Shown: positions 8,440-18,282, counted from the first letter of the stretch. The stretch: DNA of 24,170 bases from Archangiaceae bacterium (GCA_043750125.1 JAYVCD010000356.1:1-24170), one strand, 5' to 3'. Made by a program: numbers and translations. Notes: generated by a model not told the origin, from the sequence alone.

Positions 8440-9617
8440 TCAGGGGACGGTCACGCCCACCGCCGTCGCATGCACGTAGTCTTCCCCGGCGGGAGGAAAC
8501 TGGCCGGCAGCGTCGAGACGAAAGCTCCACAGCTGCAGTACGAGCCACATTCCACTGGGCGCACCGGCGGGAATGTCGACGAAGAGGGTGGCTCCGGCAC
8601 CTTCGCGGGTCGTCTTGTAGACGTAGCCTGCGACCGTGACGGTGGTGCCGGTCTCGATGTGCCAGGTGAACTTCGGAGTCGCGGCGCTGCTCGCTCCGAA
8701 CACGCCGCGCACCATCCAATCACCGGTGGGCCCGGTCGCGTGGGGCGTGAGCGGAATGGAAAGCGTCGTCCCTGCAGCGCCAACGGTCCAATCGCGGGGC
8801 GGGTAGAGGGCGTAGTAGGGAATCGGCAGCGCGGCACGCAAGGATCGCCACCCGCGGCCGCCGCGATGTTCGAGTACGACCGCTGGTACCAGAAGCCTCC
8901 GAGCTGAATCCGGGTGCCGATGCAGAAGTCGCCATTCTCCTGAGGGTAGCCCTCGTCGAGCTGGGCCCAGGGGGAAACGCTGCGGGCAGGGGACGTAGGG
9001 AAGAGGCCCCAACCGGTCGCCACGTCGGGGTCGGTCGCGGCTTCGATGATCTCGTGGCTGCCGACCACAGTGAGCCCCTCGAGCTCGCTCTCGAACGTGG
9101 CGGTGCAGCGCTGGACCACGCCCCAGCCATCGCCCGCGACGCCGTAGCCCTGATGGTAGGCGCCCGGCATCGTGCAGGTGGCGTTGCCGGTGAACGCGAC
9201 GCCCGGAGGTAGGTAGAGCAGGTAGATCGTGTGGCCGTCGGGCGTCGGCGGATTCGGCGCCGCTTGAATCGCCGCCGCGATGAACGCCGTCATCTGCGCA
9301 TCGGTGAGCACGGTTCCTGAATTCAGCACGCCCCCGGTGAGGTGCACCGACGAGGCGGGCCGCGAGACGCCGAACTCGCTTCCCACCGCGTCCAACCAGG
9401 GGCTTTGCACCAGCGCGTCGCCGAACGCGAACAGCGTCGCGGTCAACGGCTCGTTGCGGGCGACGACCGTCGCGACCCGCAGCGGCTGGAGCACCTTGCC
9501 TCCGCCGAACGTCAGCTGGGGCCAACCCGCATCGAAGGTGTCCGGGTTGCCGCCGTCGGCGGGCACCGCTGAGACCTGACAACCGGCGAGCAGCAGCGAG
9601 ATGACCAGCAATCTCAT
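8440..9617 (-). pseudogene. Lipoprotein with Phi-1/EXORDIUM-like HExxE domain, split by a one-base frameshift near 8832
   Basis: MRLLVISLLLAG-C signal; GAYH, SHEIIEAATDP, ENGDFC and WYQRSYSN motifs. Reading runs to GGDPCVP in one frame and continues ALPIPYYALYPP...TAVGVTVP* in the adjacent frame. Could be an assembly error. Confidence 0.7.
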
Positions 9618-9659
9618 AGCGGCGAGGTACACCGGACAGGCCCAAAGGTGAAACCGCGC

Positions 9660-11207
9660 CTACCGCTGTGCGCGCGGGAACAGCTTCATTCCCAGCAAGT
9701 ACAGGCCGCTGGCGATGAAGAAGCCGATGAACCAGGCATAGACGTAAATCTGATCGAAGACGTTTTCAGGCCCTTCGAACAGGTGCGCGCTCTTGAGGAA
9801 CCCGGGGACGTTCGGAAAGATCCCGATCGCCAGGGCGCCCATCGCGACCCAGTTCACTCCGGCGTAGCGGCCGTTGGGCCGATAGAGATCCGGAACGTCG
9901 AGCTGGGTGCGACGCAATAGCCAGTAGTCGGCGATCATGATTCCGGCGATCGGCCCCAGCAGCGCGGAGTAGCCGACCAACCAGTTGAAGATGTACGTGT
10001 CGGCGCTCGCGAGCAGCTTCCACGGCATCATCGCGATGCCGAGCAGCCCGGTGATCAGCCCTCCGGTCTTGAACGAGATCAGCCGGGGAGCCAGGTTGGC
10101 GAAGTCGTTCGCCGGGCTGACGACGTTCGCTGCGATGTTCACCGACAGCGTGGCCATTCCGACTCCGAGCAGCGAGACGATCGCCACCAGCAAGCGCGTC
10201 CCGTCTGACGCGATCAACGGAGCATCCAACCCCGGCGGAGCAGTGCCCGACGTGAGCTGCGAGAGCAGAAAGACCGGATCCCACAGCTTCGCCACCGGAA
10301 CGTCTTTGAGGATCGCCTGGGTCGCGCTGGTGATCACCACGCCCATCGCCGAGAAGAGGATCATCGTCGTCGGCAAGCCCAGCGTCTGGCCGATCATCTG
10401 TTCGCGCTGTCCGCGGCCGAAGCGGGTGAAGTCGGGAATGTTCAACGACAGCGTGGCCCAGAAGCCGATCATCCCCGTCAGCGAGGGCACGAAGACCTTC
10501 CAGAAATCCCCGACGGTCTGAAACTTCGAGGGCTGCGAGAGCATCGGGCCGATGCCTCCGGCGCGATTGACCGCCCAGGCCATCAACAGCGCCGCCATCA
10601 CCATCACCAGCGGAGCCGCCCAGTTCTCGAACACCCGCACCGCATTCATCCCGCGGTAGATGATCAAGATGTTCAGCGCCCAGAAGAAGCCGAAGGTGAT
10701 CGCGCTCGGAATGCTCAGCCCCAGCACGCTCGTGCCTTCGGCGAGGTGACCAAAGCCGGGCCAGATGGCGTCGATGAACGTCTTCAGCGCTTCCCCGCCA
10801 ATGAAGGTCTGAATCCCAAACCAGCCACAGGCGACGATCGCGCGCAGCACCGCCGGGACGTTCGCGCCGATCGTTCCAAACGAAGATCGCGCCAGCACCG
10901 GAAAGGGGACGCCGTATTTCGTCCCCGGATGCGCGTTGAGCAGAATCGGAACCAGCACGATCAGATTTCCCAGCCCGATGGTCAGCAGCGCCTGCCACCA
11001 GTTCATCCCCACCGCGACGAGGCCGCCGGCGAGCATGTAGGTCGGAATGCAGTGGGCCATCGACACCCAGAGCGCGGCGAAGTTGTACGTGGTCCAGGTG
11101 CGGCGCGACTTCGGCACCGGCGCCAGATCCCCATTGAAGAGCGGGCTGTTTGCGATGTCGGCAGGAAGTTCCGCCAGCGCTTCTTTGGCCAGCTCGGCGT
11201 CGTGCAT
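9660..11207 (-). CDS. NCS1 family nucleobase:cation symporter (uracil/allantoin/hydantoin permease-like)
   Basis: NGDLAPV..RRTWTTYNFAALWVSM, GTKYGVPFPVLARSSFG, ACGWFGIQT, WATLSLNIPDFTRF, NIAANVVSPAND; about 12 TM helices. Confidence 0.95.
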   Translation of the reverse strand: MHDAELAKEALAELPADIANSPLFNGDLAPVPKSRRTWTTYNFAALWVSMAHCIPTYMLAGGLVAVGMNWWQALLTIGLGNLIVLVPILLNAHPGTKYGVPFPVLARSSFGTIGANVPAVLRAIVACGWFGIQTFIGGEALKTFIDAIWPGFGHLAEGTSVLGLSIPSAITFGFFWALNILIIYRGMNAVRVFENWAAPLVMVMAALLMAWAVNRAGGIGPMLSQPSKFQTVGDFWKVFVPSLTGMIGFWATLSLNIPDFTRFGRGQREQMIGQTLGLPTTMILFSAMGVVITSATQAILKDVPVAKLWDPVFLLSQLTSGTAPPGLDAPLIASDGTRLLVAIVSLLGVGMATLSVNIAANVVSPANDFANLAPRLISFKTGGLITGLLGIAMMPWKLLASADTYIFNWLVGYSALLGPIAGIMIADYWLLRRTQLDVPDLYRPNGRYAGVNWVAMGALAIGIFPNVPGFLKSAHLFEGPENVFDQIYVYAWFIGFFIASGLYLLGMKLFPRAQR

Positions 11208-11280
11208 CTGCCGGCCTTAGCTCTTCACGGGCTCGAGGTCCAAACTCAGTGCGCAGGCCTCGTTGTGCGCACCCTCAGCG

Positions 11281-12708
11281 TCAGGCCCGAAGCGCGGGAA
11301 GGTTGCCCGGGTAGTCGCCGTAGCTGTCGCGGGGAAAGCCCATCGCCCGACAAATCTCCGTCAGCACCGCATTCATCGGGACGTGCTGCCCCGCACTGCC
11401 CCCGGCCCAGCGAAGAAATTGGCCCGTCTTGAAATAGCCGTTGCAGTTGCCTGCGAGCAGCAGCGGAACGTCGTCCAGCTGGTGTCCTCCTCCGGTGCGC
11501 TGCAGGTTGGTGAAGACGATCAGTGTGCGGTCGAGCAGCGTGGCGTTTCCTTCCTTCACATCGAACAGCCGCTGCATCAAATCGGCGATCTGCTGCACGA
11601 ACCATTGATCCACAAGATTCTTCCGTCGCAGGAACGCTCCGCCGAGGTGCTCGTTGTGGGCAATTTCGTGATGCTGAAGGAAGGCCGACGGGCCGCCGCC
11701 AGTGTCCGCACTGAGGCTGCCTCCTGCAAAAGCCGGGTCCTTCGAGGCCAGCCACGAAAAGTGGTACTGGTTGTTGTGCGAGCTGCACCACTGCAATGAG
11801 CCCGTTCGGGTCAGCCCGCACGCCAGCGCCGAGACCAGCATCCCCATCTGCAGCTGGTGGATCTCAGGCACCAGCGGGTTGGCAGTCTCGTTCAAGTAGT
11901 TGGCCGTTCTCGACGGAGCCGTGGGCGCCGCACACGTCTGAGCGACCTTCAGTGCCAGCAGCTCGTACTCCCGCACTGCCGTCAGGTGGGCCTGGCATTT
12001 GAGCCGGTCTTCCAGCCCCAACCGGGCGCAGCTGCGTTCGAGCTGGACGCCCACCAGGTCCAGCACGCTCTTCTTTTCGGCTCGCAACTTTGCCCGTTCG
12101 GCGTCGGTCTGCAGGCGAAGTGCAAACAGCTTGTCGAACAGCTCGACCGGATTGTCATACGGCTGCACCGGGTTCGGCTTCCCCCCCACCGGAGCGCCCG
12201 CGAAGCTCAGGAAGATGTCGTCGCCGCTCAGCCGGTGAGCCCGCTGCACCAGGATCCGCTGCGAGGTCGGCACACCTTCCCGGGCAGCGATCTGCGAAGC
12301 CAGCCAATAATCGAGTGAAGGGCCCCCGGCGGTCAGCGGTATCCCGTCGCTGATTTTCCCGTCGAAGGGCTTGCCCGCAATGCCGGTGTAGATGAAGGGC
12401 ATCGCCGCGTGTCCACCCCCCATGCCCACCGCGATCAGGTTCTTGATGTCGACACCGCCGACCAGAAGAATTCTTTCGCGCCACGGCGTCAGGGGCTTGA
12501 GCGGCGCGTCTTCGGTCTGGGGAATCGCGAAGTCGGTCACTCCTCCGCTGGGCCAGAAGTTCACGCAGCCGTTGGGCCAAGCGACGAAGACGACATTGGG
12601 TGGCAGCGGCATCGGGCTTTGCGCCCTTGCCTGTGAGGCCTGGAACAGGGGCAGCCAGGCCGCGCCCAGGCCGAGGGCTTCGAGCACGCTGCGGCGGGAA
12701 AGGCTCAA
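11281..12708 (-). CDS. DUF1552 domain protein, Tat-exported
   Basis: Start reassigned to TTG at 12708 (TTGA overlap with the upstream stop, GGAG upstream). SRRSVL twin-arginine signal; VFVAWPNG, LKPL, GGGH, SLD, KSVLD, HEIAH, EGNATLLDRT and GYFKTG motifs. Confidence 0.88.
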   Translation of the reverse strand: MSLSRRSVLEALGLGAAWLPLFQASQARAQSPMPLPPNVVFVAWPNGCVNFWPSGGVTDFAIPQTEDAPLKPLTPWRERILLVGGVDIKNLIAVGMGGGHAAMPFIYTGIAGKPFDGKISDGIPLTAGGPSLDYWLASQIAAREGVPTSQRILVQRAHRLSGDDIFLSFAGAPVGGKPNPVQPYDNPVELFDKLFALRLQTDAERAKLRAEKKSVLDLVGVQLERSCARLGLEDRLKCQAHLTAVREYELLALKVAQTCAAPTAPSRTANYLNETANPLVPEIHQLQMGMLVSALACGLTRTGSLQWCSSHNNQYHFSWLASKDPAFAGGSLSADTGGGPSAFLQHHEIAHNEHLGGAFLRRKNLVDQWFVQQIADLMQRLFDVKEGNATLLDRTLIVFTNLQRTGGGHQLDDVPLLLAGNCNGYFKTGQFLRWAGGSAGQHVPMNAVLTEICRAMGFPRDSYGDYPGNLPALRA

Positions 12709-14396
12709 GGCGTCACTCCGAGGTCGAGCGCCCGGTGGGTGAACGACGGGCTGGTGGCAATCGCGACCAACAGCTCGCGAACGTTGTAGTCGGTGCGGGC
12801 AAACGCCACAGAGATCTCGTGCACCGCCGGTGCGTCGGCCGCTGCCTCGCCACGCCCCAGTGCAAAACGCAGCCACTTGGCCGCTACGCAGCGGCGCACT
12901 TCGTCGCTGCCGGACAGCAACTGCGCCAGTTGCTGGGGGCCCGTGAACGGGGAGTTGGCCCCATCCATTCGCATTACCGTTCCGGTGGCGTCGATCACCT
13001 GGTTCGCGCGCATCGTCTGGAACTTGCCGACCGCGTCGTACTGATCGAGCCCGAAACCGATCGGATCCATGAATTTGTGGCAGCTGTTGCAGGGCTCGAT
13101 CGAGAAGTGGGCCTCGTGCCGCTGGCGTGACGTGAGCCCCAGCATCGGCACGGGCAGAGGCGGCACGTTGGGCGGGGGCGCCGGTAGCGTCTGACACAGC
13201 AGCTCTTCACGAACGAACTTGCCGCGGCGAATCGGGTCCCCTTCGGTGCCGTTTGCGAACGTCGCGAGCAGGCTGACTTGAGTCAGCAGCCCCCATCGAT
13301 TCGGCAGCGGGGTTTTCACCGGCACATCACTGGTGACTGCCACCCCGTAGAGCTTGGCCAGATCTTTGTTCGGGTACCCGTAGGTGGCGGTGAGCAACGT
13401 CGCCAATCGACCATCACCTGCGAGGATCACCTCTTGCGCGAAGGTCATGGTTTCCGCCCGCGCCGCGAGCTTGGCCGCATCGGTCAGATCCGGATCTGCC
13501 CTGGAAAGCGAAGTCACGTTTTGCAGCTTGAGCCACTGAACGTGAAACCGAGTCAGGGTCTCGCGCGCCTTCGGGTCGAGCAGCATTCGGCGGGCTTCGC
13601 GCTCGACGTCTTCACGGGTGGCCAGTCGCCCCTGTTGCGCAGCGGCGAACAGCACCGCGTCGGGAACGCTTCCCCAAAGGAAATAGGACAAGCGAGCCGC
13701 GAGAGGAAAAGGCGAGAGCCTCGCCCGAAGGCCTCCCTCGTCGAGCACGCCGAGGTTCAAGTCCGGGTCGCCCAGGTAGAGAAACGCAGGCGCCTGAAGC
13801 ATTGCTTGCAGCACCAGCGCCAGCGCCCGGGAGACAGGGTGCCCCAGGGACGACCGCGCGCTCGCATAAAGGGTGGTGAAGTCGGTGATTTCGTCCGTGC
13901 TCAAAGGCCGTCGAAACAATTGCGCACCGAAGGTGGTGATGAACTTCAGCGCACAACCCGGCTCGTCCGTCGCCGGGTCGCAAGGCAGCAGCTGTCCGGG
14001 AACAATCTTCAGTTGGGCCGCCGAGGCCAGGTCCCCCGCGATGGCGTCCAACCGCTCAGCATCGAGCCCCGAGACCAACCCGGGCGTCGCGAAGCCTGAG
14101 CTTCCCGTTCCTTCTGCAGACAACCGTTGTGTCGCCAGTCTCCGGTTGTCCCCCAGGACGTCGCGCACCGTGTTGTCGAACTGCTCGGCCGTCAGCCGCT
14201 GCCACCCGAACGGGCCCGCAGTGCGAAGCAACCCGCCGGCGTCGATCGGGCTTACCTCGAGCCGTGGCTTGCCCGTCGGATCCAGGATCTGGCCGGTACA
14301 GGCGCTCAGGCCCAGGGGCAGTAGGAGGCACACCCACCGCCCGCCTGCCCAGGCTCTCGAAGAAGGCTGCTGAGATTGAGAGGTGAGCCGGGTCAT
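12705..14396 (-). CDS. DUF1592/DUF1588-type (PSD1-5) lipoprotein with a c-type haem motif
   Basis: Lipobox LGLSA-C; RLTAEQFDNTVRDVLG, LFRRPLS, LQAPAFLY, LAARLSYFLWGSVPD, PIRRGKFVREELLC, CNSCH (CxxCH), MDPIGFGL and FALGR. Start could be 14396 or 14432. Confidence 0.9.
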   Translation of the reverse strand: MTRLTSQSQQPSSRAWAGGRWVCLLLPLGLSACTGQILDPTGKPRLEVSPIDAGGLLRTAGPFGWQRLTAEQFDNTVRDVLGDNRRLATQRLSAEGTGSSGFATPGLVSGLDAERLDAIAGDLASAAQLKIVPGQLLPCDPATDEPGCALKFITTFGAQLFRRPLSTDEITDFTTLYASARSSLGHPVSRALALVLQAMLQAPAFLYLGDPDLNLGVLDEGGLRARLSPFPLAARLSYFLWGSVPDAVLFAAAQQGRLATREDVEREARRMLLDPKARETLTRFHVQWLKLQNVTSLSRADPDLTDAAKLAARAETMTFAQEVILAGDGRLATLLTATYGYPNKDLAKLYGVAVTSDVPVKTPLPNRWGLLTQVSLLATFANGTEGDPIRRGKFVREELLCQTLPAPPPNVPPLPVPMLGLTSRQRHEAHFSIEPCNSCHKFMDPIGFGLDQYDAVGKFQTMRANQVIDATGTVMRMDGANSPFTGPQQLAQLLSGSDEVRRCVAAKWLRFALGRGEAAADAPAVHEISVAFARTDYNVRELLVAIATSPSFTHRALDLGVTP

Positions 14397-14722
14397 TGCC
14401 GTCCAGCACAAGCGGAAAAACGATGACTGCATCGAGCAGGCCTGACGGGTGCCGCCCTAACCGGTTGATGCCTCGTATCATTGATGGCCTTCGGCCCCCT
14501 GGGGATGGTGCCTCGAGGCTCCAGTGCCTCAACTTCGTTCGGCTTTGGCGGTGCAACGACGACTTGAATGAGGCGTCGGGCCGCGTCTTCACCTTTGACT
14601 TCAAATGCGTTTCGTGCAGCAGCCAAAGTCGCTTGTCGGGACGATGGGCAGGCGAGAGGACCTTTTCCTGAGTTCCGGCGATAACCCTCGACTCGCGCGC
14701 AAATCTCCTCGAGGTGTCATGC

Positions 14723-15573
14723 ATGGGTCGCAATCAGCGGTAGGTTCTTTTCGCCGTTTCCAAGTTCTTTCTTGCGCTGGCGTTGTGCGGTTGTGGTCCC
14801 GACAGCTCCGGTTTTGGTGACGACGGCGACACCGCGTCGGCAGGAAGTGACTTCTCCGCGACCACCCCACTGGACCAGGAGCTCATCTCGACCGGGCCTT
14901 GCGCGGGCGTCTCGGGCACCGTCTACACATTTCCATTTTCACAGGCCAGGGCCCCCCTGAATTCCAAAGACTGGAGGAGCTACTCGGAAGAGCGCACCGA
15001 CGCACTCAAAGGGCAGCTCGAGTACCAGGAGGGTGGGTGATGCACATCCGCACGGTGAGCCGTTTCACCACCGGTCGCATCAGCGGACTGCGCTACTTCA
15101 AGATCAATTGCCTCAGCGCGCGCATCCGCGAAGCGCAGTCGAACGGATATCTCAACATTCTTTGGGCGCACGGAAAGACCGACCCGAATGTCTGGTCGCA
15201 CGGTGAAGTGGACTTCCTCGAGGACTTCACCAGCGACAGCCACGTCTCTCAGAATGGCCACGCGCCCAGCACCACCGGTGGGGAGTACAACGCTGGCGGG
15301 GGGGCCGTCGTCAACGACCCCCGCAACTGGCACAACTACGGCTTCCGAACGGCCGGCGACAAGCTCTCGGTCACCACCACCATCGATGGCAAAGCGACCC
15401 ACCTCTTCGTCCCGGGTGGCGCGTTCCGGTGGGGTCAGCCGATGATCATCTCGGGCGGGCTCAACACCGGCACCAGCTGGGCAAACATGAACGTGCCCTC
15501 GGACATCACCTACCCGCAAGAGATGCTGGTCGAAAATCTGGTCATCGTCGGCCAGGAAGTCAGGAACCCATAG
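14723..15573 (+). pseudogene. Glycoside hydrolase family 16 lipoprotein, disrupted
   Basis: GAGGTG RBS and ATG at 14723; in-frame TAG at 14741 inside the signal peptide (MGRNQR*VLFAVSKFFLALALCG-C); frameshift at the G-run near 15035 (YQEGG / VMHIRT); catalytic EVDFLE (ExDxxE), FTTGRI, WHNYG and YPQEMLVE. Confidence 0.75.
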
Positions 15574-15574
15574 G

Positions 15575-16180
15575 ATGGCGATGACGCACACCTCGCCCCG
15601 GCTCCTTTTGGCAGCAGTCTTGTTTTCGGTGCACGTTGGCTGCCGGGCAGCAGAACCCAACGAAAATCCACCGCCTCCTTCAGACGCGGGATCCGGAGGC
15701 AGTGGCGGCGGGCCTGCCGGAGGCAATGAAGGGGGGCTGATGGAGGCAATGACGTAGGCCGTGACGGCGGCCCTGATGGAGGCCGCTCAGACGGGGGGGC
15801 GGGGGTCGGGGGAGGGACACGGAAACCCCGCGCTTCAGCCCTTCATCCCTGCGTCGATCTGGAACATGTCGGTCGCCACGACGGCGACCTTCGAGGGGGA
15901 CGGCGGGGCGCCCGCGACCGAGCAGGACGGCAACTCCCCGGGCCTGTAACAAGGCAACGTGCCGATGGGGACCTACCTGGCCATTCCGGGAGACGTAGAC
16001 TTGACGGGCTTGGGGCTCTCTCCCCAGGGGCTGATGCTGGCGAAGGCCGCTCAGGACTACGGCGTTTACGTGACCGATACGGTGACCAACACCGGCTGCA
16101 CTTTTTACGTCGAACGCGCGGCGCCGACCGCATTTCGCAGCGCGCTGCTGGCCAACAACGCCGCCGACCTCAAGAAGGTG
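15575..16180 (+). pseudogene. Disrupted secreted/lipoprotein gene (QPF..SIWNM...VPMG..LAIP..AAQDYGVYV family)
   Basis: Signal peptide with VG-C; Gly/Asp linker reads DGG repeats only in a shifted frame between a G6 run (15731) and an A run (about 15823); in-frame TAA at 15947 between PGL and QGNVPMG. Confidence 0.6.
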
Positions 16181-16589
16181 GCGGAAGCGTCTGCTCGCTG
16201 TGCCCTCCGGTTCGCTCCAGATCACCCTCTCTGGGACTGCCAATGCGACGGCCATGGCAGTGGGCTTCGCGGGAGTTGACGCAGCCGTCCCCCTCGAGCC
16301 GCTGCCGACGTAACACTCCAATAGCGCCAGCGGCTCTTGCCGCTCACTGGCGATGGGTCCGTTCACCTTTACCCGCCCCCGATCCCTGCTTGTCGTGGGG
16401 CTCGGCCTCAAGGCCAGTGGCGCGCTGGTGGAATCGGACGGCGCCGTCGACTTTTTCAACCAGGGCAAGCGGCTCATTCTCGGGACCGAGCAGGTCCCAG
16501 ATGCTTTGAGCCGCGGCCGCACCCTGATGTCTGCCGACGCGAATTTGAGCGGTGTTGCTTTTGGCTTTGCTCTCCGTCCGGCGCTTTAG
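16179..16589 (+). pseudogene. 3' fragment of a beta-strand-rich secreted protein, with in-frame stop
   Basis: One frame reads WRKRLLAVPSGSLQITLSGTANATAMAVGFAGVDAAVPLEPLPT*HSNS...VAFGFALRPAL* with TAA at 16311; no clear start or signal peptide. Confidence 0.45.
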
Positions 16590-16608
16590 GGCTACCCGGC
16601 CAAGCTGT

Positions 16609-17865
16609 TTAAGTCTTCGCCGGCTCGGGGTCCAACGCGCGCTGCTTCGTCAACCGCAGGGCGAGCACCGCCGCGAGCCACAGCCAGACTCCGGCGACGA
16701 AGAACGGCATTTCGGGAGTGAAGAGGGTGAACCACAGGCCCCCCAGCGAGGGGCCGACGATCCGCCCCAGCGAGCCCATCGATTGGAAGGTGCCCAGCAG
16801 CTCGCCCTGGCGGTCCGGAGGCGACAGCTGAGACATCAGCGACGACATCGACGGGTTCACCAGCGCCGAGCCCATCGACATCACTCCCACTGCGGGGAAC
16901 ATCCACCCGTACGACGGGGAGAGCGGCACCAGCACCACTCCCAGGCCGAAGATCAACAAGCCGCCGCGGACCAGGCGCACCTCGCCAAAGCGCGTGCGCA
17001 GCCGACCGATCAAGCCGCCCTGGATGATCACGCTCACCACGCCAATCATCGTGAACAGCAGCCCCGCCTGCAGCGAGGCCTTCTTCAAGACCGCTCCGTC
17101 GACCCGCGCCGACAAGTCGAACAGCGACGCGGTCACTTCCGAAGTCGGCGAGATGAAGCGCGTCAGCAGGTAGATCGAGAATGTCCCTTCCACCTGCGCG
17201 AAGGCGGCCGTCACCAGGAACGCCAGCGTCAGCACCAACCCCACTCCCGGAGTTCGCATTCGCTCGAGCATCGAGCTCTGGGCGCTGGGTCGCTCACTGC
17301 GCGCTCCGGCGGTGCGCGACTCAGGCAAGAAGAGGAACGCGAAAGTCAGGTTGGTCAGCGTCAAGCCCGCGCACACGACGCCGATCGCCGCGTTGCCATG
17401 CCAGCTGCCCAGAATTCCACCGACCGCCGGGCCAAGCACGAAGCCCAGGCCGAACGCCGCGCCGATCATCCCCAGCCCCTTGGCGCGATTCGCGGGGGTG
17501 GTGATGTCCGAGATGTAGGCCTGGGCGGCAGAAATGTTTGCGCCCGAGACTCCCGAGATGACCCGCGAGATCCACAGCACCACCATCGACTGGGCAAAAC
17601 CGAACAGCACATAGGCGCAGAACGAAATCGCCATGGTGATCAGCAGCACCGGCCGGCGGCCGACGCGGTCAGAGAGCCGCCCGAAGAACGGGGCGCAGAT
17701 GAACTGCATCAGCGAATACACCGAGCCCAACATTCCGACCTCGACCGCCGAGGCGTTGAACTGCACCGCGTACACGCCCAGCTGCGGAATGAGGATCCCG
17801 AAGCCGAGCAGGTCGAGGAAGACGACCCCGAAGATGACGCCCAGGCTTGCTTTGCGCGAAGTCAC
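16609..17865 (-). CDS. MFS transporter, TetA/DHA1-like efflux
   Basis: FLDLLGFGILIP (motif D1), GRLSDRVGRRPV (motif A), SRVISGVSGA, AQAYISDIT, GFVLGPAVGG (motif C); about 12 TM helices. Confidence 0.93.
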   Translation of the reverse strand: MTSRKASLGVIFGVVFLDLLGFGILIPQLGVYAVQFNASAVEVGMLGSVYSLMQFICAPFFGRLSDRVGRRPVLLITMAISFCAYVLFGFAQSMVVLWISRVISGVSGANISAAQAYISDITTPANRAKGLGMIGAAFGLGFVLGPAVGGILGSWHGNAAIGVVCAGLTLTNLTFAFLFLPESRTAGARSERPSAQSSMLERMRTPGVGLVLTLAFLVTAAFAQVEGTFSIYLLTRFISPTSEVTASLFDLSARVDGAVLKKASLQAGLLFTMIGVVSVIIQGGLIGRLRTRFGEVRLVRGGLLIFGLGVVLVPLSPSYGWMFPAVGVMSMGSALVNPSMSSLMSQLSPPDRQGELLGTFQSMGSLGRIVGPSLGGLWFTLFTPEMPFFVAGVWLWLAAVLALRLTKQRALDPEPAKT

Positions 17866-17872
17866 GAAGCGA

Positions 17873-18268
17873 TCAGCGCCCCGGACCCAGCGCTTCGATT
17901 TGCGCCTGAATCGTCCGCGCGTCCGTGGCCCGCCCGTCTGCCTGGTACAGGGTGAACAACGACTTGAGCACCGGGCGAAGGTCCTCTTTCATCTTCATCT
18001 CTTCGAGCCGCTTCGCCAGCGCCTCGTGCGCCGGAATGGACTTCGGGTTCAGCGCAAGCACCTGCCGGATCAACGCGACCGCTTTGGTCCCGAAGCCGAG
18101 GTCATTCAAGGCGGTCGCCGCGCGCAGGTAGGAAGCGGCGGCCTCCGTCGGGTTGCCTGCGGCCTTGAGCAGCCCTCCCAGCTCGATCAGCAGCTTGCTG
18201 TCGTTCGGGCGCGTCTCGAGCTCCGATCTCAGCTTGGCGATCGGATCGGCCTTGGTGAAGAAACCCAT
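17873..18268 (-). CDS. Small stand-alone tetratricopeptide-repeat protein
   Basis: Helical repeats ELGGLLKAAGNPTEAAASY and KAVALIRQVLALNPKSIPAHEALA; fits the operon with 14- and 7-nt gaps. Confidence 0.8.
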   Translation of the reverse strand: MGFFTKADPIAKLRSELETRPNDSKLLIELGGLLKAAGNPTEAAASYLRAATALNDLGFGTKAVALIRQVLALNPKSIPAHEALAKRLEEMKMKEDLRPVLKSLFTLYQADGRATDARTIQAQIEALGPGR

Positions 18269-18282
18269 GGCGCTAGGCTAAA

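Noticed and set aside
12709-13197. N-terminal extension of the 638-aa ORF
   Set aside because: Overlaps the DUF1592 gene in another frame; the Tat signal and RBS place the true start at 12708.
14594-14605. Short palindrome TTTGA-CT-TCAAA in the divergent intergenic region
   Set aside because: Single 5-bp arms with spacing unlike Crp/Fnr boxes; not distinguishable from chance.
14741-16313. In-frame TAG/TAA codons as evidence of stop-codon recoding
   Set aside because: Intact genes in the window end in TAA, TAG and TGA, and the same genes also carry frameshifts, so decay is the simpler explanation.
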